The notes under the pieces were generated by a model. It saw only the letters and a list, made by a program, of their open reading frames with translations, did no database searches and had not been told where the DNA came from. Both the position numbers and the translations under genes were made by a program. A stretch of 60,484 nucleotides of DNA, counting the filler, from Circinaria calcarea (Eukaryota): assembly GCA_051942165.1 (NCBI GenBank). It is 7 parts of 7 records of this genome, joined end to end, with 100 filler letters (N's around TTAATTAATTAA, not from the genome) between each part and the next. Parts side by side here need not be neighbours in the genome. Positions count along the whole stretch, not along the records: positions 8,670 to 17,230 come from JAVECS010001089.1; positions 17,331 to 25,891 come from JAVECS010001090.1; 5 more parts are not named here. One strand, written 5' to 3'. This document shows positions 11,621-22,207 of this stretch, piece by piece. Position 1 is the first letter of the stretch, and every line of letters starts with the position of its first letter.

Positions 11621-14600
11621 TACTCTGGTCGTGCCTTGATTATATATATGCCAGAAAAAACAAAGGGGACTTTTAGATTACTTTAATGTCCGGAAATCAT
11701 GGACAGAAGAGAGAAGGACGCGTGCTAAGGGGTGCCCGAGATTGAAGAGCAACAAGACTACTCGAGGAGATGGGATGAAACTGTTAGATATGAGAGCGGT
11801 CGACGAGGCCAAGAAGCCGGTGGGTGTGTGTGCCTTCGGGAACTTGTAGATCTGCAGCCTTTTTGCCTGGCGGTTGGTGTGGAGGAGGTGTGATTTGCTC
11901 TGTTCAACCTTATATGGGACAGCATCTGCAGGTAGGGGCCGAGGGAATTTCAGGTACGGGCGTAACGTCGGGGTTTCTAATAAAAGTCGAATGGTCGTTG
12001 CGGGGCAATTTGAACCGGCCGTCGTGTTGCTTGTGTACCTTAGTTCACGATGCATTGATTGACCGAGTACCATGTATCGTCGATTTGACCCATCTGCCAG
12101 CTCTGCCCCGCAAACTTGGCAGGCCGATGACAACCGGCCAAAGCAGCCCAAGGAACAAGGACAAGGGATCAGGGAAAGGGAAAGAGAAAGGGGTGCAAGG
12201 GCCAGCAAGTGATCCCGACTCTCGAGACTACTATAATACAGGCACGTACTCGTACTGTACCTCACAGAAAAATCACCTACCGTCTTCTGCCCATTGGCGG
12301 TGGACTGTCGCAACTCGCAATCAATCCTCCGCATCGAGGCACACACAGTATTCTGGCAACACCGGACTTTGACGATAATGCAAGGACCTTCCCTCTGAGG
12401 AACTCGAATCCCCCGTCCCCGTTCCTGCCTGAGCCTTAGCCCGACCAACCTGCTGAGACCGAATACGCCATCAAAGCCACCCAAAAACTGTGTACCTATA
12501 TGGATTAAACTCTGGCACTAAAGAGTTAGCCTCACGGTTAGCCTCGGGCTAAGGTGGCTAGCTGTGGCCTAAAGAGCTAGCCCGTCCGCCCTAGCCCTAG
12601 CGTTCCTCGGGCGATCCGAGTCTGTGGGGCCAAAGCATTGCAGAACTGGAAACGCTGCTCAAGAGCAAGCAGTCGTCCACGCTCGGACCGGATGCTGATG
12701 ACATACGGATGACCTGGTCTTGAAACGGTTGTGAAACGGTAACGTTAAGAAAGCCACAGATATTGATCGCCATGGATGGTTGTACAAGGGCAACGGCATC
12801 AGTCAACGAATAAACCAGCTGGGCCACCTCCTTACCTCCACGCAGATCCTTTGGACCGGCTCAATCGGACCACCGACCTCAGCAGCATGGCCCAAATCTT
12901 ACCGTCACACAATTAATAGGCTTTGGGTACTGACATGCAGCAAACGTGTAGGACGTTGTGCTCCGACTTGTCCAGCTTCGAAAGGCACACATTCGACCGA
13001 GTCGCGCTCCATGGGCTGTATCATCTGTTGGCACTCCTCGACGGCTACTCCCGGTCACCACGAGGACTACCTTCACACCAAGCACCCGCGTGGCTGTGCC
13101 CTACCAAAACTAGATTCAACTCCTGCTCTCGAGTTCTGCCTGCCTGACACATTTCGAGGAGCCCATGTTCGCAATATACGACTGCGGCGTAAGCTCGACG
13201 ATTACTGGATCTTACTGCATACCGAGACCCTCCAGAATATCAGCGTAATCGATTCCGTGTCGCAAGCGGTCGAATCGGTTGCAGCAGCAGTGCATGATGC
13301 ACGTTTCAGGAGATGGCAACCTTCGGGTCTTTAAGAGATTGCCACGTGCGCGAAAACGATACCTACACCTCCACCATGTATGATGCAGCGTGGCAGCCCT
13401 TCACAGCGTTACACCGTCTCATCTGTCTGCCACTTTCCATGGGAAACACCATCCATTTACGCCACTCTGATGTTTGGCATGATCTCGACCAGATGCTGCA
13501 TGAGCCTAGGTGAGCACGTTCGCTGTCGTATTTGCGCGCCATAAGATGAACAGACCACTCTTCAACAGCCCCCATGTTTGGACATGTCCTGCTTGCAGCT
13601 AGTCAGAGTAAGCTGGGTCGGCCTCATGGTCCGTATAGTTTATCTTAGGTACGTTTCCCCCAAGTAAATAAACTCTGACTTGCGTCCGTCCAGCCACCCC
13701 GATCTGGAGCACCACTTATGCCACAACGCCTACAACGGCCCGCACTCAGGTCAATTTCTCACCGCCATACTCACCCTAAGAAGCATCAGAAGGATCGCGC
13801 AGCATAGCGTGTCCAACCCAAACGACTGTCTGACCCCCACAGTGACTGACTTAGCCTAAGCACGGCCTAAGCACGGCAAAGCTACATGCTTGCCTGCCAT
13901 GAGGTGACCCATGTCAAGATGACGGTTTAGTTAAAACTTGACAGCACTTATGCAATAGAACCCTCATTCATCACTATGCCCTCACCTTTATTAGATTCTC
14001 GAAGAGTGGAGCTCGTATGCGGATAACGGAGGGGCTTTGAAACAGCAAGTTCACGGATCCACGAGAGTGCGTTGGGAAGATTGGATCCGAGACCAACGCT
14101 GCCCACCTGGCTTTATAGTGCAACCAGACTTCAAAGCTAGTCATATCCTCTAATAGCATACGATAATGGAATGACCAAGAAGACTCTATCAGAAGGAATC
14201 GTTCCAGTAAAGCCGGGCATTCCTATTCGATGCTGTCTATGGGCCATAATCGAGCATCAGAGTAGGGTATGTCTTCCCCTTCTACCCTTTCCTCTTTCCT
14301 TGTGTTTCATCCCATTTACCCAACCCCACCAATGGTACTGCAAAGCAGCGCAATGGACGGACTTTTATCCTATCGATCTCTGTTTAGTCTATGTTTGCAA
14401 CCCCAAGAACAACAGCCAAACCTTAGATGAAACAATCCATCCCCAGGCGGAGCTGCCTATTCAAAGAGAATGATAATGGTAGTATGCAGTTTTGGAGCAG
14501 TACCATTTGCTCCTGAATGCAGAGAACCCAGATAGGGTATAGGGTGGATGATCTCTGGAAATTCTCCCGCAACGATTGCAAGTCAAACCGGAATACTGCT

Positions 14601-15454
14601 GCCCCCAGTCGCTATAGTTGGCTATTGCTCGTCCACAGAGCCAGCTCGACACTAGCAATGCCGGTCGAAGGAACGAAGTTCTACGGGTCAGCCAAACCCG
14701 AGGACGTCACGCCCCCGCAGGTTAGGCCACAGAAGCTGCGGTTTTATTAGGAAGGGGGGGAGTTCCACTCCTCCGTCCTAGCTTCGCAAGCTGTGAATGG
14801 CTTCGAGGCTATCAGCTGGTCTTCTGTGATTTGATAACAAGAACCGGATCTCGGACTGGCGAGAAAATAGCCTTCATCTCCAGCTAGCCGCGTCTCGAGC
14901 TCTTCATTGGCTATTAGGAAAGCTTGGAAGAGAGGTGATTCGAAACGTTGTGCATTTCTAGTCTTGCTTGGCAGAGAGTCGTTCGACCCTGTGAATTTCA
15001 ACGGTCTATCTGAGGCCAGTAATACCTACACGTATTGTCCATCTGCTGAAAGATCATGAGGTCCCGAGGCACATGCGCAAAAGTCGTTGCCGATAATGAC
15101 AGTATGGCGCTGGAGGACCTCCCACACAGGAACTACACGACACCAAATGTCCTTCAAAAACCTTGATATAGGTAGTTAGAACAGAGCACCCTCGTACGCT
15201 GATCGTCTTTCATCGGCAATGACTTTGCACACCGGCTTTGATATGCTGGGGAGGTCTCGTTCTTGGGAGAGTTACCGAGGTAGTGCCCTGAAGCTTTCCC
15301 CGCAAAATCAGCCCTATGGAGTACTTCTGACCGAACTCAATCATGCACCACTTCTTCATACGGCACAATGGCCTCTTCCAAGGTCTGTACAGGTAAGATG
15401 ACAAGGACATCTCATCAATAACCTTACGACTTCCACAATAACCTCACACCGACA

Positions 15455-16435
15455 ATGTTCCCCTCCAGTTTCTCCACTCCTCCGCCGCCAACCTCCTTCA
15501 CCACAATCTCTTTCCCATCCCCTCACGTCCTCCTCGTCACCCTCTCGCGGCCCAAGTCCCTCAATTGCATCAACTCGGCCGGCAACGCCGAACTCGACAC
15601 CATCTGGAAGTGGTTCGATAATGAGCCTTCTCTCCGTGTGGGTATTATCACCGGTGAAGGCCGCGCTTTTTGCGCCGGTGCGGATTTGAAAGGTTCTCCT
15701 TTTTCCTACACTCTCCACCTTTCTTGCCTTACCCCCTGCTACTTCGTCATTCCTAACCTATTCCCCAGCCCACTAACATCCTAAACGCTAGAATGGAACA
15801 CTACCAACACCACCCCCTCCACACGCCCCCGTTCTCGCCCTTTCCTCCCCTCGGGCTTCGGCGCCCTCTCGACGCGCACCGGCAAGAAACCCATCATCGC
15901 CGCCGTCAACGGCGTCTGCTTCGGTGGCGGCTGCGAAATGATCATCAACACGGACCTGGTCCTGGCATCCTCGCGCGCCACCTTCGCCCTACCGGAGGTG
16001 AAGCGCGGCGTCGTTGCCCTTGCAGGGGCACTGCCGCGGTTGGTCCGGACGGTGGGCAAGCAGCGGGCCATGGAGATGGCGCTGACGGGACGGGTGCTCG
16101 GGGCTGAGGAGGCGAGGGCGTGGGGGCTGGTCAACAAGGTGGTTGATGATTCCGAGTCGGAGTCTCGGTCGGAGGGACAAGGAGATCAGAAGGGAAAAGG
16201 GGTGGTCGCGGAAGCGATCCGCTGGGCGCAGGAAATCGCGTCCAACAGCCCCGACAGCGTGATTGTGTCTCGGGTGGGCGTACGAATGGGCTGGGAGGGC
16301 ATGGGCGTGCAAGAGGGGACGGAGCAGCTGCGGCGTGAGTGGTGGGAGAGGATGGAGGGCGGCGAGAATATGATTGAGGGCGTCCGGGCGTTTGTGGAGA
16401 AGAGGCGGCCGAGGTGGGTGGACAGTAAGCTATGA
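15455..16435 (+). CDS. Enoyl-CoA hydratase/isomerase (crotonase) family protein, peroxisomal (C-terminal SKL)
   Basis: RAFCAGADLK, intron 15693-15791, KPIIAAVNGVCFGGGCEM...FALPEVKRG; ends WVDSKL*. Confidence 0.93.
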
Positions 16436-16741
16436 GATTTTGTTTCCCGGGGGGAGGGGCGAAAAGGGAAATGGCTGATGGGAGGAATCCTATGGCGAGT
16501 AGACTGGCACATGATTTTACAACACGCGTGTGTTCTTCCTTTTACTAGGAACCAGCTACGGAAAGCCAAAAAAAAAGGGCATACGTACCATTTCTCCAAC
16601 CCCCCTACTTTTACGCGTAGCGTAGCGAAAGAAACCACCTTCAATATATAAGAGAGAGAGAGCCCGATACGGATCCGGATCAATACCGATTCCCCCATTC
16701 CCCTCAAGGTTCCCCTCCAGGTCCCCATCGACGCCCAGGGC

Positions 16742-16888
16742 CCAATACAACACAATACAATACAATGCAATACAACACAATACAATACAAAAACCCAGCG
16801 GGTAGGTGGGTTGCATCTTTCCCTGACAGACGGACGGACGGACGGACGGACGGACGGGCTCACAGAGGGATAGGATAGGATAGGATAG
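16742..16888. repeat. Microsatellite cluster (CAATA/CAACA)n, (GACG)n, (GATAG)n
   Basis: caatacaacacaatacaatacaatgcaatac...; gacggacggacg...; gataggataggataggatag. Confidence 0.9.
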
Positions 16889-17230
16889 TTTTTTCGGACG
16901 ACGTTTCGAAACCCTCCCCCCCCCACGGACGTTTCTTTTTCTTGTAAAAAAAAAAAAAGGGGGGCGGGGGCTTTTACTTCGTCCTGGGAAAGTGGGGGGT
17001 TTTTGTTTTTGTTTGTTTTTGTTTGTTTTTTTGGTCTCCCGAGCCGGAGCTGGAGCCGGAGCTTCACTAGGACTCTGGCTTCTGGTGTTCAACTCGCTTG
17101 TACTCCGCTCCGCTTCTTTTCATCTCAACCCCCCCGGACCTCCAAATTTCCCACTCGCACTCATTTCAAACTCCTCCATACGCACAGTGCCTTACCTCGT
17201 CTTTACCATATCTTCCCCCTCCCCCTTAAA

Positions 17231-17330
17231 NNNNNNNNNNNNNNNNNNNNNNNNNNNNNNNNNNNNNNNNNNNNTTAATTAATTAANNNNNNNNNNNNNN
17301 NNNNNNNNNNNNNNNNNNNNNNNNNNNNNN
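17231..17330. other. Artificial contig spacer
   Basis: N44-TTAATTAATTAA-N44. Confidence 0.98.
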
Positions 17331-17332
17331 CG

Positions 17333-17695
17333 TCTAGGCTGGAAACTGCAATCGTCATCAACCATAGAATCTCCGATCCGCTGATGAAGAGGCAGTGCTC
17401 AGAAGACTTGGAGGAATGGCGTAGAGCAGACCACCTGTGGCGAATGAGTTGGGATGTTTCGAAAATCATGCAAGGTCATAAATTCTGGATGTCGTCTCCC
17501 CAGGGACGACTGAACACAATTCAGAGGCTATCATCCTCTCACCTGCTTCTGGAATGGGACACTGTGAAGCGGGATAAGATTCGGCGAATTGTTGGTCTTG
17601 ATTTTGGCGAACGCCCTGGCCACTGGGAATACACTGAAGATGGAGATCACCCGCCCGTACGACCAATTCCAGTGCACGTACAAGCTGGTTTTTGA
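17333..17695 (+). CDS. Possible 3' fragment of an unidentified gene
   Basis: Frame is open from the contig edge for 120 codons; no family recognised. Confidence 0.3.
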   Translation, partial: SRLETAIVINHRISDPLMKRQCSEDLEEWRRADHLWRMSWDVSKIMQGHKFWMSSPQGRLNTIQRLSSSHLLLEWDTVKRDKIRRIVGLDFGERPGHWEYTEDGDHPPVRPIPVHVQAGF

Positions 17696-18453
17696 TTCTA
17701 TCTACTCCAGCAGACTATCGCTACCTTGGGCTCACACTAATCATAACCGGGTAAAACTCCAAAACATACTACAAAAACGCAGCGCCGATTTAGCGCCGCC
17801 TCTGCTCCCTAAGGCGTAAGGTAGCAGGCGTGTCAAATCGGACGGTGAATCATGCATTAGCAGTTTGGTAGTATGTCGACGGCGGGGAAGGCGTCGGGGC
17901 AGCAGGCAGGGAGAAGGCATAAGATAGCAGATAAATACAACTTACTGCTTCCAAACACATATGTGATAGCAAGATCAAACTTGATGGGCTAGATTGCTAT
18001 AAGGGAGTGCAGACCTGTATCATGCATGCATGCAAATTCCCCTTATTTAATACAATCCCACAACATAATGTATGTAGCTCTATGCACCAGCAAATCAAAC
18101 CATGTTAACAAGGCATACCTACATCTGACGGATTTGGACGTGTGAGACTCAAAAAGTCGAACCACATATTATTGAGGGCATATGAACATCGCCTACTGCG
18201 GTGCCCCCCGGCATATTAGTTGCTTACTATTACGCGAGATCCCTATATATTAAATAGTTATGCAGATTACATAGGCACTTACGTGAATGCACATGACCAG
18301 TCTTACAATAGCCTCGCTTATTTATTGGCATTGCTGCCTTAATGGCACAGCTATGCTCTTGACCTCCTCAGAATGCTCAGTTCTAGGTGGCAAAGCCCTA
18401 AGTGATTATGAAGCCGCCTGTCAAAGAGCAAGAAGATTAAACCCCTTGCAGAA

Positions 18454-19971
18454 TTACTCCTTCTTACCTAGGATCTCCCGCATCCACCACGGCCGATATT
18501 CGTCATTCACCCACTGTGCCAATCGCTGCAAAGCTGCGAGAATTTGATACACACCAAGGTGACTCTGCGTGGATCCGATCGCTAACTCGCCATGGATCAA
18601 TATCAGATCCGTCTGTTTCTCGGCGATCAAGAGTTTCCAGTCATGCCCCTGAATTTTTACGAGAGGCAAGATGGGCATCGTTGCCTTGGCTTTTATCTCA
18701 GCCTTCGCCTTCTCGTTTGACGCGTAGCTACCTACTAAAGAGTCGAGCTTGGCAAAATGTGCAGAAACCCAAGTATTCAGCTGTAGTATAGCTTGGTCTT
18801 CTTCAATGGCCGCACGCTTGGTCTCCATACTAACCGCGATGGGCGTGAAGCGAACGTGGTTGGGATCTGTCTGGTTGACGCTGTCAAGTTGCTGTTCACG
18901 GCACAATCGCCTAATACTGGCCTCGAGGATAGAATTAACGGCTGGTTGGATAACAATTCCATAGTCAACCATTTTTGACTTGGGATTAAACCCAGGAATC
19001 TTAGGCAGCAGACGTTTTTCGCTAATTCTCGCTGAGGTCAGATCTTTGTACCACACTTCTATTGACCCTGAACTTTCCAAAGCAATTCTAAGCACTCTTG
19101 AGTGAACCTCACTATTCCAGGCTGATTCCGGGTAGTCCCCATCTTTGCATTCTCTAGCTGCACTTAGTACTCGAAGAATTCTTTGCCAGCGAGCGTGATG
19201 GATGTTTGAATCTTCTGTGTCATCGTTGCTGATATTGTAGTACATGTCTTCATCAAGGTCTTCCACCGTGTCCTTGATGATGCTGCGAATCGCGGATGGA
19301 AGTACGCGCCGATGCAGGTCAATTGATCTGATTGCCCGATATAAACCATTCGCGCTTGCTGGAAGCTCGCGACCAGGTGCGCCGAAGGTAGTGTTTATTA
19401 TGCAGACCTCAGCCAATTGCATGTCAAACCGAGCTTTACGTGGCGAACTTGAACGGTTTGAGGTCCTAGATTCCAAATCTCCCGTTGAGCTCTCTGATTG
19501 TGTAGACTCCCCCTTTTCTGAGCCGGCCCCATCAAGAATTGGTATTGCACCAAGATTTTTGGATGGCAAGGGTGCCTTTGGTGTAGGTTCCTCGTCTTCT
19601 TGGTCCGCACTGCGACCGCGACGGCTATGAACGGGGGTATAAAGCTTTGGATCGATACTATGTGGGCCTCGCAATCTGCTTCCAGCTTCTGCATGTGTTT
19701 TGCTTCTTGTTATGCGTTTGGTTGGTGATTCCCATCCTCCTGTCTTCTCCATGTCTTGCAGCCTAGGCGCCGCAGTGTTTGGCGACAGCTCGCCTAGCCT
19801 ACGACGGCTTAATTTATTAGCAGTCCGCTGAGGTTGTTGACGTTTCCTGCTGTGCACTGGGACCGAGTTCTCGTACTGAGCGGGGTGGTTGGGCTGATCA
19901 CTTAGCCACGAAATAATGCTGGATGGGGTGTCGGCGTCGGTATCGGAGTGCATACACCTCGAGGGGAGCAT
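18454..19971 (-). CDS. Fungal PD-(D/E)XK nuclease-like protein
   Basis: Intronless 505-aa ORF with a disordered N-terminus, then ESAWNSEVH, SKMVDYGI, SVNQT..RFTPIAVSMETKR (D...ExK), QLNTWVSAH, LPLVKIQGHDW, IGSTQS..GVYQI. Confidence 0.85.
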   Translation of the reverse strand: MLPSRCMHSDTDADTPSSIISWLSDQPNHPAQYENSVPVHSRKRQQPQRTANKLSRRRLGELSPNTAAPRLQDMEKTGGWESPTKRITRSKTHAEAGSRLRGPHSIDPKLYTPVHSRRGRSADQEDEEPTPKAPLPSKNLGAIPILDGAGSEKGESTQSESSTGDLESRTSNRSSSPRKARFDMQLAEVCIINTTFGAPGRELPASANGLYRAIRSIDLHRRVLPSAIRSIIKDTVEDLDEDMYYNISNDDTEDSNIHHARWQRILRVLSAARECKDGDYPESAWNSEVHSRVLRIALESSGSIEVWYKDLTSARISEKRLLPKIPGFNPKSKMVDYGIVIQPAVNSILEASIRRLCREQQLDSVNQTDPNHVRFTPIAVSMETKRAAIEEDQAILQLNTWVSAHFAKLDSLVGSYASNEKAKAEIKAKATMPILPLVKIQGHDWKLLIAEKQTDLILIHGELAIGSTQSHLGVYQILAALQRLAQWVNDEYRPWWMREILGKKE

Positions 19972-20189
19972 AGCGCTTTGAAAGCTAGGAGCTGCAGGTT
20001 ATCGATATCACAGCAGCTATCTCAGTAGAATAGAAGATGCATAGTAATCCATGATACATAGTTGACTTTAAAATGTAAACAAACTCCATGATTCGATTGC
20101 AGTTCGGGTGTGGATAAAGTGTGTTCCGGGCGGTTCAGAAATTTAAGCGACGGCATAACTTCGGCACTGATTAAGGGATAGCGCAATAA

Positions 20190-20861
20190 ATACGGAGATA
20201 TCCGTACATACCAATGGCTTCCTACCGACATTTCTGGGACCTATCCTCCAAGCCCGTCTCCAAGATACAGACGTGTCAGCACTGGGTTTTAAGTCTTCAA
20301 GCACTTAGTGGTCTATGGGCTCAGTGGTGTAACTCTTACAATCATTATAAGTATCATAACCAGTGCAGCTGTGTCAATAGTGACTATAACAGACAGTAAT
20401 GTAGTGAGCTCAGCTCGGTCAGCATCGGCAACAGAGGGTTCCACCATAACTAAATCAGAGATCTTGTCAATCTTATCATTATTACAGGAGCGACTGCTGA
20501 CCAGTCTAGAGGTCTCTCTAACCCCATACTAATTCTATCAACCTTGCCATTTACAACAGGAACAGTTGTTGATCAGCCTGGAGGTTTTTCTACCTCTGTC
20601 CAAATTGGTCTAAACGTTAGAGTATCGCTTGGTGGTCTAACACTCATAGCCCTAGTTTCAAACATCGCTTACCTGATTCTAATGCGGCGAAAACAAGGAA
20701 ATGACATGAAGAAGTTTGATGGTATGGTGGAGCCCACAAACAATTTCAATGGGACGGTGGAGCTCCAAGCTGCGTCAAGTTTGGGGGAATTTCAAAGTTC
20801 GCCACGTGTGGTGGAACTCCCAGCTACATTTTGTACGGTAGAGCTCCAAGCTCCACTTTAA
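20190..20861 (+). pseudogene. Degenerate Ser/Thr-rich single-pass membrane protein gene
   Basis: Broken frames: ILQARLQDTDVS, an S/T/I-rich stalk, STSVQIGLNVRVSLGGLTLIALVSNIAYLILMRRK (TM plus basic stop-transfer) and a VELQA/VELPA tail. In-frame stops and a frame change are present. Confidence 0.6.
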
Positions 20862-21658
20862 AACTAATGCACCTGGAGGACGTGCTTAAAAGTGAATCCA
20901 TCTCATTCTCCTCCCTATGGATTTGTCCTCACCTAAGTCGGCATCGTCAGATTACGCATCTATTCAGCAGTCAACTGAGTCACTCAAACTGGTGTCAATC
21001 ATACTAGTTCCAAGGACGATCGTAAAGGCCCGCACGGAAAAACTGACCATCGAAGGCAGAGATCTAGGCGGGGAGGCGTCCAACAATGGAGAAGAGGCGT
21101 CGCTGAGTTATTGCCGTTTGACTATCCAACAGAGAAGGTAAGGCGACGAAGCTTGGAGCTGGCAGAGCAGACGAGCAAGCTAAACATGATATTCGCAATG
21201 TACGCCTTTGTGGGCAATGTATCGAGCAACCTATCAACAATCCTTTGGCGCTTTAATCTTTTTAAGCGACATATTTAGGGACTGCCTTCCGTGTAGAAAA
21301 TGAAAGGATCTAGTATTGAAACCTCAAACAACGACCAAGCAGCAATCTTGTTCAAAACTAACCTGGCCAGCTGCAATCGATTCCAGACAGCAGGGTTTGA
21401 CTCCATTCCGCGACGCCCCACCTTGCTCAGGGAATGTTCAGGAAACGCTCAAGAATAGTTTGCCCCCCGACTCAGGGAAAGGCGGGCATCTACTCACTTT
21501 TAGGGCTAGAACGGAAAGAGAGCTGTGGACTGGGTGCATGGTCGTGTTACTGTTCAGAATGTTCTATGAGTATCTGTGTGCAGCCAGCGAGGGAATGTTT
21601 AAATTGAATACTAAAACATCTGATAACCCTGTTATACAGCTTGTCCTACTATTCCTCT

Positions 21659-22207
21659 CTACATTCCCTTCCTTACTCTCTCTCTCTCAACCTCTGATAA
21701 CCCAAAAAGCCAGCCGGGTGTCGTGACAATTTCATTTCTGTCCGTCAATTCAAGGCAAACACCTGTCGCCCCCTTATGATACACGTCGCTAGTACAGGTA
21801 CGCTGGTCTGCCTTGCACATGCTGCCGCACAGATTGCATTTCTTCAACTTTGGGTATTTCGGGGCTTTCGGGTCGACCTTGGAGCCGCCATTCGTTCCCC
21901 CGCCGGAAGGCTTGCTGTGGGATTGCCCGGGGCTTCGGGCATAGTGGAAGTGGTCATCCTGGGCCATGAGGACGTCGAGGAAATCATACTTGGGCTCCGC
22001 GTCGCGGGCGAAAAGGTCGTCGGCGTCGAATTCGGCAGCACGCGCGATGAGGGTGTCGTAATAGTTCACGTCGGCGGCGGCGTCACGGGCGCGCAGGGCG
22101 GCTTCGGCACGACGGGCGTAGACATGGTTGCCGGCAAAATCGGGTTGAGCAGCCACAAAGGTGGAGCAGGCGATGAAGAGGGCAACGAAGAGAGATTGGG
22201 AACGCAT
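21659..22207 (-). CDS. Small secreted pre-pro-protein with repeated xAR(D/A/R)A sites and a Cys-containing C-terminal domain
   Basis: Signal peptide MRSQSLFVALFIACSTFVAA; YARRAEA, LRARDAAA, LIARAAE, LFARDAEP, YARSP; CNLCGSMC-x6-C-x12-C. GC-rich codons; TATA-like element upstream at ~22365. Confidence 0.8.
   Translation of the reverse strand: MRSQSLFVALFIACSTFVAAQPDFAGNHVYARRAEAALRARDAAADVNYYDTLIARAAEFDADDLFARDAEPKYDFLDVLMAQDDHFHYARSPGQSHSKPSGGGTNGGSKVDPKAPKYPKLKKCNLCGSMCKADQRTCTSDVYHKGATGVCLELTDRNEIVTTPGWLFGLSEVERERVRKGM

Noticed and set aside
11678..12484. 268-aa minus ORF upstream of the Zn2Cys6 gene
   Set aside because: Non-ATG start, no domain, composition typical of promoter/5'UTR sequence.
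16186..17092. 293-aa and 178-aa minus ORFs
   Set aside because: Read through microsatellites and homopolymers; low-complexity artefacts.
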